Source: Candidatus Parcubacteria bacterium
Lineage (GTDB): Bacteria > Patescibacteriota > Patescibacteriia > Patescibacteriales > BM507
Length of the DNA: 64,000 nt
NCBI GenBank assembly: GCA_002869265.1
Contig: PKTH01000005.1
Coordinates: forward strand, 1,423 to 65,422
Reading direction: 5' to 3'
The translations under genes and the position numbers were made by a program. How positions within the stretch are numbered: the stretch's first letter is position 1; the number at the start of each line of letters is the position of its first letter. The notes under the pieces are model-generated. The model ran no database searches. It had not been told where the DNA came from and saw only the letters and a program-made list of their open reading frames with translations. Positions 1-11,047 of the stretch are shown in pieces.

Positions 1-1
1 T

Positions 2-697
2 AAAAGGAATGGTGAAAAAGAAAAAATTGAAACCGACATTATCATCATTGCCACTGGAGTAAAGGCAAATAAAAAAATTGCTGAAGACGCTGGTATTACT
101 TGCGGGCGGTCTGGAATTATTGTTGATGAGAAAATGAGAACCAATGTTAAAAATGTTTATGCCTGCGGTGATTGTGTCATGCCGGTTTCTGCCATAACAG
201 GAGAAAACACCGTCAGCCAACTTGCAAGTACTGCTATTCATCAATCCAAAATAGTCGGCTACCAAATAGCTGGATTCCCTATAAAATACCAAGGAACAAC
301 TAATGCTTTTGCTTTTAAATTTTTAGGTCGTGATTATGGACAGGTTGGTTTGAATGAAACTGAAGCTAAAAAGAAATTTAAAATAGTTGTTACAGGATCA
401 GCCGAATCAACAAATATATACCAAGACCTAGATGCCAAAAAGCCACTAAACTTTAAACTAGTCTTTGCTGGACCCAAGCTAAGGTTGGTTGGTGCTATGG
501 GTTATGGAAATGGCATCACTGGTTTCCTTGAAGTCTCCAGTATGGCAATTGGACTTAAAATGAGTATATTGAAAGTAATGAAATATAATTACATAGCCCA
601 CCCTTCCTTAACTCCTTGGCCTTTTATGAACCCAATAGTAATGGCGAGCGAAGATGCCATGGGAAAAGTAATGAATTTTTTTAAAAGAAAAAAATAA
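2..697 (+). CDS. FAD-dependent pyridine nucleotide-disulfide oxidoreductase (NADH oxidase / CoA-disulfide reductase-like), C-terminal part; 5' end outside window
   Basis: The frame is open from base 2 (KRNGEKEKIETDIIIIATGVKAN...GIIVDEKMRTNVKNVYACGDCV). Track ORF 134..697 is only the ATG-trimmed tail. It has a YAxGD-type FAD motif followed by a dimerisation-type C-terminal domain, and a hairpin terminator follows. Confidence 0.7.
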   Translation, partial: KRNGEKEKIETDIIIIATGVKANKKIAEDAGITCGRSGIIVDEKMRTNVKNVYACGDCVMPVSAITGENTVSQLASTAIHQSKIVGYQIAGFPIKYQGTTNAFAFKFLGRDYGQVGLNETEAKKKFKIVVTGSAESTNIYQDLDAKKPLNFKLVFAGPKLRLVGAMGYGNGITGFLEVSSMAIGLKMSILKVMKYNYIAHPSLTPWPFMNPIVMASEDAMGKVMNFFKRKK

Positions 698-706
698 ATC
701 TCTATA

Positions 707-750
707 AAAAAGGAAAAAGGGAGACGGACATTGTGTTCGTCTCCCTTTTG
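707..750. terminator. Bidirectional intrinsic terminator
   Basis: Stem GGGAGACG (719-726) / CGTCTCCC (738-745), flanked by an A-run upstream and a T-run downstream. It serves the + CDS ending at 697 and the minus-strand RNA unit coming from ~1274. Confidence 0.75.
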
Positions 751-1017
751 TTGGGGTTAATTTCCGCCTGGCCGCCTACATGGCGCCGGCACCGTTGTTG
801 TAATTACTCATCTCTATTTGGGCTGTTTGTAAAACGGGACTGCCTCGAGTCTTCGGCATTTTTGCCTCCTGGCGATGTCGGTGTTTACGATCTGCGCGTT
901 CCGCGCGGGCGAAATGAGAATACTTGGGGCGAACTGGTCACGATAGACCTCCTTTGTCAAATCACCCGAGCATTCTCTGCCTCACCACTGCTGGGTGAGA
1001 CAAGAAAAAAAGATCAT

Positions 1018-1119
1018 CTTTGGTGGAAGACAAAGAATTTTTACTAGAAGATATCTAGCCGTAGCCAGATCAATCCCTAGTGCCAACCCTCATGCTTGTC
1101 GTGCCTTCCCCCACCAAAG
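1018..1119 (-). repeat. RNA module A (homologous to module B)
   Basis: Minus-strand read: CUUUGGUGG-GGG-AAGGCA ... UGUCUU-CCACCAAAG closing helix (9 bp + 6 bp). Internal blocks GGCACGACAAGCAU, GGCUACGGCUAG and AAUUCUUUG are identical to module B. Confidence 0.55.
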
Positions 1120-1143
1120 GGGACCTTTTATTTTAAATCAACT

Positions 1144-1242
1144 TATACGGGCAGGCAAAGAATTATTGTTAGAAACCAACTAGCCGTAGCCGGTAAAATA
1201 GCCCAAACGCAAATCCCTATGCTTGTCGTGCCTCCCCGTATA
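1144..1242 (-). repeat. RNA module B (homologous to module A)
   Basis: Minus-strand read: UAUACGGG-G-AGGCA ... UGCCU-G-CCCGUAUA closing helix (8 bp + 5 bp around one G/G mismatch). It has the same three conserved internal blocks as module A. The outer helix sequence differs from A but pairing is preserved. Confidence 0.55.
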
Positions 1243-1280
1243 AAATGACTTAATATTTAATGTTCAATTCAAGACCTTTT

Positions 1281-1309
1281 AATATATCACAGTTATAAAT
1301 ATTTGTCAA
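1281..1309 (-). promoter_or_regulatory. Sigma70-type promoter for the structured RNA unit
   Basis: Minus strand: TTGACA (1309-1304), 17-nt spacer, TATATT (1286-1281). Confidence 0.55.
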
Positions 1310-1336
1310 TAGTAAATAAGCCCTATTTTAAAATAT

Positions 1337-1367
1337 AAAAAAACATCATTATATTTGATGTTTTTTA
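1337..1367 (-). terminator. Intrinsic terminator after the MFS gene
   Basis: Hairpin AAACATCA / TGATGTTT with flanking A/T runs, just downstream of the minus-strand stop at 1386. Confidence 0.6.
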
Positions 1368-1385
1368 TTTAATTTTAGCTATTAT

Positions 1386-2597
1386 TTAATCCACCAAGAC
1401 ACTTTCCTTGGAAATAAATATAGTCAAAAAGAATGTTAAGATTCCAGCGAATACCAATACTGAAATTAAAGATTGGACAATGCTAAACTTAAATAGAAGT
1501 ATTGCAAATAGGCCTAATGAGAAAAACCTGCCTACATGCAAGTAAACCTCTCGATTCATTATCCTGTTTGCTACATCATCCTTTGACCACCTAAAAAATC
1601 CAGCATTTAATGACAGGTGGACCAAGCCACCAAAGATACCCCCCATTGTCTGAAATGTAGTTAGGCTAATTATAGTTGTTGCAAATGCTCTAAGTATCAT
1701 AGAAAGACCATGTCCGGCTGCTCCAATTCTTACGATTTTATGAGATCCGTTCTTATCTATTATTCTGCCACTAAAATTGGCTATAATGGCGTAGGCGAGA
1801 TTTGAAAATAAATATAGAACTCCCATTGAAATCAATTTAACTGAAAGATAAAAGAGAAGCAGCGGCCAAATAAGACCAGTAGAAGAATAGCCCATCCCCT
1901 GTATGACATAAATAATGTTTTTTCTATATCCCCTTCTATCAAATATTTCTCTTATATTTAGATTTACATTTATTGGCTGAATTTTTTCAGAAAAGAATAA
2001 AAAGAATGAGGCTATTAACAAGAAGAGAGAACTAACGACAAAGCTAGCTTGGAAATTAAAATTAGTTATTAGGATACTACCCAGAAAAGGACTGATAATG
2101 GCCACCATCGTAGGGATGGAGCTCATAATTGCTAATTTTTTACCTGCATTTTCTTTTTCGACAGAACTAATAAAATAAACGTGGTGAGCGGTCCAATACA
2201 AAGTAATGGCCACAACGTTTAAAAATCCCAAAAGAACTAAAAATAAAATCATCCCTATTTTTGAAAATAAAATATCTGTACAAAACAAAACAATATAAAA
2301 TAAAATGTTTACGAAATAGCTTGATGTAAGAGTTCTTTTAACTCCCCAATTATTAATATTACTTAAAATAAAATAATGCATCGGGACAGTTGCCAAAAAA
2401 ATACCTAACTCAAAAAAAGCAATATGGAAAATGCTAAATCCTGATTCGATTAAAAAAATAGGGACAAAAAGAGAAATCATTGATAGAGCCAAAAGCCGAA
2501 GAACGTCTGCCATCAAAAGATCATTATATTTATCTTTTAAAAACTTAGCTAAGTGAAGATGCTTGTCTATTTGCATCTCGTGGTGATATTTATCCAT
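1386..2597 (-). CDS. MFS-type multi-pass membrane transporter
   Basis: 403 aa, about 12 hydrophobic helices in a two-halves MFS-like layout. Substrate unknown. Confidence 0.55.
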   Translation of the reverse strand: MDKYHHEMQIDKHLHLAKFLKDKYNDLLMADVLRLLALSMISLFVPIFLIESGFSIFHIAFFELGIFLATVPMHYFILSNINNWGVKRTLTSSYFVNILFYIVLFCTDILFSKIGMILFLVLLGFLNVVAITLYWTAHHVYFISSVEKENAGKKLAIMSSIPTMVAIISPFLGSILITNFNFQASFVVSSLFLLIASFFLFFSEKIQPINVNLNIREIFDRRGYRKNIIYVIQGMGYSSTGLIWPLLLFYLSVKLISMGVLYLFSNLAYAIIANFSGRIIDKNGSHKIVRIGAAGHGLSMILRAFATTIISLTTFQTMGGIFGGLVHLSLNAGFFRWSKDDVANRIMNREVYLHVGRFFSLGLFAILLFKFSIVQSLISVLVFAGILTFFLTIFISKESVLVD

Positions 2598-2602
2598 TGT
2601 GC

Positions 2603-3598
2603 TTAAACTAAATTAATTAAATTTTCATCGAAATAAGCATTTATATTCTGTCCAGTAGTCTCAAGAATTCGCAGCAGAGCTTCTTGACTATAAAAAGCTA
2701 TGTGGGGTGTAAAGACGACATTGTCTTTATTTAAAAGCAAGTGATCTTTTATTAAATATCCTAATGACTCTGTTTTTTCTTTATCATACAAAAGCTGCTT
2801 CTCTTCTTTTATTAGCTCTTCACCCTCTATAACATCTAAACCAGCACCGGCGATTATCTTTTTATCAAGTGCTTCAATCAAGGCATCAATATCTACCAAA
2901 CCACCACGCGAAGTATTTATAAGAATCGCCCCCCTCTTTATTTTAGAAATATTATCCATGTTTATCATGTGGTGAGTATATTTGTTGTGTGGAGCATGCA
3001 AAGAAAGTATATCTGACTCTTTTAATATTTGCTCAAAACTAGCATATTCAAAGCCTAAAACATCTGCCATAAAGGGGTCCTGATTAACATCAAAAACCAA
3101 AACTCGCATACTGAATGCCCTGGCCATTCTTATAACGTGCATTCCGATTTTCCCAGCGCCTATTATGCCAATTGTTTTGCCTTTTAAGTCAAAACCCTTC
3201 AATCCCTCTATACTGTAATCATTTTTTTGCGACCGCATATATGACTTATGAATATTTCTTGAAAGAGACAAGATAAGGGCAAAAGTGTGTTCCGCTACTG
3301 TATTTTCACCGTAACTCGGAACATTGCATACTGGAATTTTTCTTTTAGAAGCCTCTTTTAAATCTATATGGTCAAATCCGGTTGATCTAGTGGTAATTAA
3401 CTTTAATTTGGGAAGATTAGCAATAACCTTTTTGTTTACTTTTGAATAAATAAACACAGAAACTATATCAAATCCTTTTATTTTAGAAACATTATCTTCA
3501 CTTAAGGCTTCTTCAAAATAAAAAAGCTGATGCCCTTTTAACTGTTTGTTTAGGATTTTTTTCTCCCATCCCTTTATCTCAAAAAATGCAATTTTCAT
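2603..3598 (-). CDS. D-isomer-specific 2-hydroxyacid dehydrogenase (D-lactate dehydrogenase-like)
   Basis: 331 aa. NAD-binding GIIGAGKIGMHV Rossmann motif, catalytic-domain blocks (TSRGGLVD, GAGLDV..GE, FTPHIAF). Confidence 0.8.
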   Translation of the reverse strand: MKIAFFEIKGWEKKILNKQLKGHQLFYFEEALSEDNVSKIKGFDIVSVFIYSKVNKKVIANLPKLKLITTRSTGFDHIDLKEASKRKIPVCNVPSYGENTVAEHTFALILSLSRNIHKSYMRSQKNDYSIEGLKGFDLKGKTIGIIGAGKIGMHVIRMARAFSMRVLVFDVNQDPFMADVLGFEYASFEQILKESDILSLHAPHNKYTHHMINMDNISKIKRGAILINTSRGGLVDIDALIEALDKKIIAGAGLDVIEGEELIKEEKQLLYDKEKTESLGYLIKDHLLLNKDNVVFTPHIAFYSQEALLRILETTGQNINAYFDENLINLV

Positions 3599-3653
3599 AT
3601 ATTATTTTTTATAACATTTAAACCTTCTTATATTATAGCGAGTTTTATACAAT

Positions 3654-3685
3654 ATAAAAAGCTTGAGAATGTTGATTTCAAGCTT
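3654..3685 (-). terminator. Intrinsic terminator after the HAD gene
   Basis: 8-bp stem AAGCTTGA / TCAAGCTT with a T-rich tail on the minus strand. Confidence 0.55.
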
Positions 3686-3708
3686 TGTGTTTTGGTTAAA
3701 CCTTATAC

Positions 3709-4407
3709 TTATTTTATAGCGAAACCATGTTTAGCTTCGGCTTGAGGCTCTTTTATTGTTCTTGGAATGTTGTTAACTTCCTCAAAAAATTGATAGCCAC
3801 TTTCTTCTGCAGATTCTTTTTCTGAATGTATTCCTTTAACTATTTTCACTTCGCATCTTTCTGCTTCGCCTTCCTGTCCTTCTTTGTTTAGGACACTAAC
3901 CATTTTCTTGGTTTCTCCAATATTGTCGTTTATTATGACAAAGTCACCATCTTGTCTAGAAAGTTCGACAAGGTAATCAGAGCCTGCCTTGTCTTTCTCT
4001 TCGTAACAAATCTCATCAAACAAACCTTTCAATGATCCCAATCTATTAATTTTTTCTTTTTGCCAAGACTCTTTACCAAGAGTAATCAAAATAACTTTAT
4101 TGCCCTTTGCTTTTTCTGACAAAACTAAATCTAGAGCTCCATCGTAAAGTAAATGATCCATAGAACTTAGTTCTTCGTCAAACTTTTTTCTTAAGGCCTG
4201 AAGTTTGATATCTGAATTTATTGAACCCACATCCCTTAAGGCCCGAAGATGATCTTCAAAAGAATATTTAACTCCTTTGCTTGTGAAATTTTCTCTATAG
4301 CTTTTATCAAATTCTTCTTCGCTCATTTCTAATATTTCACAAATTTTTTCTTTGAGCACATTTGTATTTAAGAGTGTGTGGTCGAGATCAAATATTACTG
4401 TTTTCAT
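3709..4407 (-). CDS. HAD-superfamily hydrolase/phosphatase
   Basis: 232 aa. N-terminal DLDHTL (DxDxT) motif I and HAD-like downstream blocks. Overlaps the upstream gene by 20 nt. Confidence 0.65.
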   Translation of the reverse strand: MKTVIFDLDHTLLNTNVLKEKICEILEMSEEEFDKSYRENFTSKGVKYSFEDHLRALRDVGSINSDIKLQALRKKFDEELSSMDHLLYDGALDLVLSEKAKGNKVILITLGKESWQKEKINRLGSLKGLFDEICYEEKDKAGSDYLVELSRQDGDFVIINDNIGETKKMVSVLNKEGQEGEAERCEVKIVKGIHSEKESAEESGYQFFEEVNNIPRTIKEPQAEAKHGFAIK

Positions 4408-5374
4408 ATTTATTATTTAATATTTTTTCGAGTATCTTGGCGAGCTTTTGTTTATCATGCCTAATTATCTGCTCTGAGTCATCAAGGATATCAGTTTTGA
4501 TATATTTTGTCTTTTTGTCTTTTTTTTCTATCGGGGAGACAAAAAAAGCCTTTTGCTCTTTGTATAGATTTAAAACCTTATCCTCTGGCCTTCTTTCGTT
4601 TTGAACTACCATGTTTATTTTTTGACCAATAGTTTCTTCTACTAAGTCTACAAAATCTTTTATTTCAAAAGAGTCACTCTCACCAAATTTGGTCATTATA
4701 TTTGTTATATATATAATCTTAGCCCTACTTTCCTTTATGGCTTCTTTTACCCCTGGGACTAAAAAGTTCGGAATTATACTGGTGTATATATCACCCGGGC
4801 CCACTATTACATAATCAGCGTTTTTTATATAATCAATAACTGGTGGATGTGCTTTTATCTCACTAGTATGATGAGGGCTTAAAAAAGTTTTTACAATTTT
4901 CTCCCTTTGGTCTCCTCTTGGTATATCAATTGCTGCCTCACCAAAAATCCTTTCACCATTACTAAGTTCGGCTACCAAGGTTGCTCTATTTGTAGTCACT
5001 GGCAAAACCCGGCCTTTAATGTTCAGGATTTCACCCAAAGCTTCTATACCATCTGAAAAACTCCCAGAATACTGAGATAATACCGACAAAAGCATATTCC
5101 CGGCATTGTGTCCTTTTAGTTTTTTGTTTGATTTAAATCTAGCCTGTAAAAGTTTGCGGGCACTTTCTCTGTTCGGAGAAAGGGCTAATAAACACTTCAA
5201 AACATCTCCTGGGGGCAAAATTCCCAACTCATCTCGTAGCCTTCCTGTGCTACCTCCACTGTCAACCATGGAAACTACAGAGCTTATATCTAGATTTTTT
5301 ATATCACGAAGCGAAGACAGCAAGGCAAATTGCCCTGACCCCCCTCCTATACTTGTTACTTTTATTTTTTTCAT
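4388..5374 (-). CDS. yvcK: YvcK / CofD-superfamily protein (gluconeogenesis factor-like, UPF0052)
   Basis: 328 aa. SIGGGSG near the N-terminus and SMVDSGGSTGRLRDELGILPPGD, the hallmark YvcK block. Confidence 0.75.
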   Translation of the reverse strand: MKKIKVTSIGGGSGQFALLSSLRDIKNLDISSVVSMVDSGGSTGRLRDELGILPPGDVLKCLLALSPNRESARKLLQARFKSNKKLKGHNAGNMLLSVLSQYSGSFSDGIEALGEILNIKGRVLPVTTNRATLVAELSNGERIFGEAAIDIPRGDQREKIVKTFLSPHHTSEIKAHPPVIDYIKNADYVIVGPGDIYTSIIPNFLVPGVKEAIKESRAKIIYITNIMTKFGESDSFEIKDFVDLVEETIGQKINMVVQNERRPEDKVLNLYKEQKAFFVSPIEKKDKKTKYIKTDILDDSEQIIRHDKQKLAKILEKILNNKYENSNI

Positions 5375-6048
5375 TTTCTATTTAAATAAGCTCTTGCCCT
5401 CTCAAGACCTTCAATATCATTTATCTGTATCCAAAAGTTTGCTTTTTTTATTTTTATATCATCATCCCGAAGAACAGAGATAATTGTTTGGGGTAATCCA
5501 TATTCTTCTCTACCGGGTATTTTAACTAAATCATAATTAAATATATCAGCATGCATTTTATAAACACCAACATTCACTAGATCACCTCTTTTGTGATCGC
5601 CCTCTACTATCTCCACCAGTTTATCAGATTGATCTACATTAATTTTTCCCCCAGAAAAGTCACTTTCAGCTTCTTTGCTTAATATAGAAAATTTATATGG
5701 AATTAGTTTTTCAATGTCTTCTTTAGCAAAAAGATCATCGCTATTTAAAACCAAAAAATCATCTGGTAAGTATTCTTTGCAGGTGTATAGGGCATGTCCT
5801 GTCCCTAAAAGTTCTTTTTGTTCAACATATCTTACCCCTTTACCAGCATATTCGCTACCCAGAAAATCAATAATAGCATCTGACATGTATCCTACAACAA
5901 TTATATATTCATCAACTATCTTTTTTACTAAGTCTAGGTTGTGCTCAAGAAGTGTTTTCCCGTTTACTCGGAGAAGTGGTTTGGGGGTTTTGTCTGTTAG
6001 GGGTTTAAGGCGTGAACCTCTCCCTGCGGCTAATATTACTGCTTTCAT
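5371..6048 (-). CDS. Sugar-phosphate nucleotidyltransferase (NTP-transferase family)
   Basis: 225 aa. MKAVILAAGRGSRLKPLTDKTPKPLL signature. 4-nt overlap with yvcK. Confidence 0.75.
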   Translation of the reverse strand: MKAVILAAGRGSRLKPLTDKTPKPLLRVNGKTLLEHNLDLVKKIVDEYIIVVGYMSDAIIDFLGSEYAGKGVRYVEQKELLGTGHALYTCKEYLPDDFLVLNSDDLFAKEDIEKLIPYKFSILSKEAESDFSGGKINVDQSDKLVEIVEGDHKRGDLVNVGVYKMHADIFNYDLVKIPGREEYGLPQTIISVLRDDDIKIKKANFWIQINDIEGLERARAYLNRK

Positions 6049-6122
6049 AATTATATCTTACATATGTATTTAAGCATGTTTTTAAAATAAAAAAAAGGCA
6101 TGCTTTTACATGCCTTGGGGAG

Positions 6123-6746
6123 TTATCTTGCGGGAACGTACCTAAAAATTTTTTTGATGGCACGATCAATTTTTTCTGAAACCAGCTGACCATACAAAAT
6201 GTCAGTTTTCTTGTAGTGCCCAACCTGATTCCACAAACGATCTTCATCTGTGAAGTCTAGATACGAAAATGTATTTCTCCCACCATCTCCACCATTGTTG
6301 ACCACAACATCTGGATTAGCTCCAAATATTTCATAAGAAAAAACCGAATCAAAACACCTGCTTTCCTCTCTATCGTGGGGGAGAAGAAAATAAACGATTC
6401 CTGAGATATCTGTCTTTTCAATATATCCTTCTTTTCTACAAGAATGAAGTTTATTTCTGAAGTGAGACTTTAAGAAAAATACTCGTTTCCAATCACCAGA
6501 TTCAAGGCCGCCTATATAATGCTTAGAGAATTCTCTAAAACGATTTTTATCTCCTTCCATTGAGTTAAACTCAAAAGAAAGCATTATTGGCTTTTCAATT
6601 GAAACATCATTTTCCAGAACATAGGATTTGACCATGTACACATAGAATGTTTCAGAACTATCTGAACCTTGACCAATCATAACAGCAAATGAAATGCTTG
6701 GAATCAAAATCATGGACAAAATTAAAAATGCAATATACTTTTTCAT
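6123..6746 (-). CDS. Secreted hypothetical protein
   Basis: 207 aa. N-terminal signal peptide (MKKYIAFLILSMILIPSISFA), SD-like AAGGAGGAA upstream, terminator downstream. No recognisable domain. Confidence 0.5.
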   Translation of the reverse strand: MKKYIAFLILSMILIPSISFAVMIGQGSDSSETFYVYMVKSYVLENDVSIEKPIMLSFEFNSMEGDKNRFREFSKHYIGGLESGDWKRVFFLKSHFRNKLHSCRKEGYIEKTDISGIVYFLLPHDREESRCFDSVFSYEIFGANPDVVVNNGGDGGRNTFSYLDFTDEDRLWNQVGHYKKTDILYGQLVSEKIDRAIKKIFRYVPAR

Positions 6747-6802
6747 TTCTTCCTCCTTGTGAGAAATGGATTATTAATGTACGAACAAGATACTAATATA
6801 AC

Positions 6803-6845
6803 ATAAAAATAAAAGGAGGTCAAGCGTATAATACGTTTAACCTCC
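6803..6845 (-). terminator. Intrinsic terminator after the small ORF 6873..7028
   Basis: Long hairpin GGAGGT...ACCTCC (6815-6845) followed on the minus strand by a U-rich run. Confidence 0.6.
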
Positions 6846-6872
6846 AAAATAGGTCTTCATGATTTCTCCATT

Positions 6873-7028
6873 TTAGGCTAGAGTTTCCTGTTCTCGCTCT
6901 TCACGTTTTCTTTTAATCCAATCTTTAAGCTTGTCACATGCTGTCATAAATGACAAGACAAGAATGCAAAAAAGAACCGCAACAGCGAGGCGACCAAGAT
7001 CATCTTGACTCAAAATTTCATATCCCAT
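6873..7028 (-). CDS. Small single-pass membrane protein (51 aa), not in the ORF track
   Basis: ATG preceded by AAGGAGGTG with good spacing. Translation: MGYEILSQDDLGRLAVAVLFCILVLSFMTACDKLKDWIKRKREEREQETLA. Has its own promoter and terminator. Confidence 0.5.
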   Translation of the reverse strand: MGYEILSQDDLGRLAVAVLFCILVLSFMTACDKLKDWIKRKREEREQETLA

Positions 7029-7083
7029 GATTCACCTCCTTGAAAGAGCTTTTATAGACATAATTGTCTATATGTATGCTTTT

Positions 7084-7112
7084 ATATTACCATAAAATAA
7101 CAAAAAAGTCAA
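7084..7112 (-). promoter_or_regulatory. Sigma70-type promoter for the small ORF
   Basis: Minus strand: TTGACT, 17-nt spacer, TAATAT. Confidence 0.45.
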
Positions 7113-7130
7113 TATAACAAAAATATTGAC
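7102..7130 (-). terminator. Intrinsic terminator of the 23S-5S unit
   Basis: 8-bp stem GTCAATAT / ATATTGAC followed on the minus strand by TTTTTT, about 115 nt after the 5S 3' end. Confidence 0.6.
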
Positions 7131-7243
7131 TAATGTTGGTGAATATTAAAATTATCTTAATAAATCATTTAAGTCTAGTAAATCTTGGACTTTTTGCCTT
7201 TTTCCACAGTTTTTCCACAATTTTGTACAAAAAAACACCATTA

Positions 7244-7359
7244 TTCTGGCGGTGACCTACTTTCCCAGGGCTCAGGCCCAAGTATCATCGGCGCTAAGAG
7301 GCTTAACTTCTGAGTTCTGTAAGGGATCAGGTGTGACCCTCCTGCAAGGACCACCAGAA
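7244..7359 (-). rRNA. rrf: 5S ribosomal RNA
   Basis: The reverse complement reads TTCTGGTGGTCC...CAGAACTCAGAAGTTAAGC...GCGCCGATGATACTTGGG...GGGAAAGTAGGTCACCGCCAGAA, the canonical bacterial 5S pattern. Confidence 0.93.
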
Positions 7360-7427
7360 TAATGGCGTCTTTTAAATAAGACCAAATAAATACTTAACAA
7401 GTTAAAATCAATATTGTGAGAAAATCA

Positions 7428-10572
<3,145 letters not shown>

Positions 10573-10761
10573 TTTTCTCACACTATTGACTTCAACAGTG
10601 TTTGAAATCGACTATCAGCAAAATTGATAGTCTAAATTTAAAATTGCAATATTGCAAATTTTAGATGCTTGTTAAGTATTTAAATGTCAAAGGTCTTATT
10701 AGAATTTTTATCAGCAATTTAATTTCTTAAATTACTGAACCAATCTTCTAATTTTTTAACA

Positions 10762-10785
10762 AACAAAAAACCGCTTTTAGCGGTC
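10762..10785 (-). terminator. Terminator-like hairpin inside the rRNA leader
   Basis: Minus strand: ACCGC-UAAAA-GCGGU followed by UUUUUUG. It lies between the consensus promoter at ~10.9 kb and the 23S 5' end. Confidence 0.45.
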
Positions 10786-10882
10786 TAAACACTGGACACT
10801 GTATTCGTAGTGCTAGCCGCAAATGAGTTTACTTAATTTGTTTATTTTTATCATGTTTTTTAGTTTCGTAAAACTGTTCTTT

Positions 10883-10910
10883 ATTATATATTAAATCCAA
10901 ATTATGTCAA
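10883..10910 (-). promoter_or_regulatory. Consensus sigma70 promoter (candidate 23S-5S promoter or small-RNA promoter)
   Basis: Minus strand: TTGACA (10910-10905), 16-nt spacer, TATAAT (10888-10883). Confidence 0.5.
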
Positions 10911-11047
10911 GCCTTTTTGCCTAATATTAAAAAATAACCTAATAATATCTATTTTTCGCTAAAAATAAAGAAAATCCATATATTATGGATCTTCTTTTAT
11001 CTACAGTTTTTGCCCTTTAGTTAACAGATTATTAACAGCTCTTTTTT

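Larger units (their letters stand above)
751..1274 (-). ncRNA. Unclassified G+C-rich structured RNA unit (tandem aptamer-like modules plus structured 3' part with two SD-led mini-ORFs)
   Basis: Visibly G+C-rich in an AT-rich genome with no credible ORF. On the minus strand it has its own near-consensus promoter (1281-1309) and terminator (719-745). It contains two homologous stem-closed modules and several GC hairpins. No match to RNase P, tmRNA, SRP or riboswitch consensus sequences I know. Confidence 0.45.

Noticed and set aside
733-1183. Track ORFs 733..1047 (+) and 995..1183 (+)
   Set aside because: There is no SD. The starts are inside or next to a terminator hairpin. The translations are implausible (WPPTWRRHRCCNYSS...). 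The region is better explained as a structured minus-strand RNA.
751-1274. Possibility that the G+C-rich RNA is RNase P RNA, tmRNA, SRP/4.5S RNA or 6S RNA
   Set aside because: I could not find the RNase P CR-I/CR-V pair in the right order; only a weak GAGGCAGUCCCG appears near the 3' end. There is no tRNA-like GGUUCGA T-arm or G:U acceptor for tmRNA. The CCCCCACCA string on the plus strand lacks a partner. There is no SRP GGAA/AGCA domain-IV motif. This rejection rests on memory of consensus sequences, not on a model search, so it should be re-tested with cmscan.
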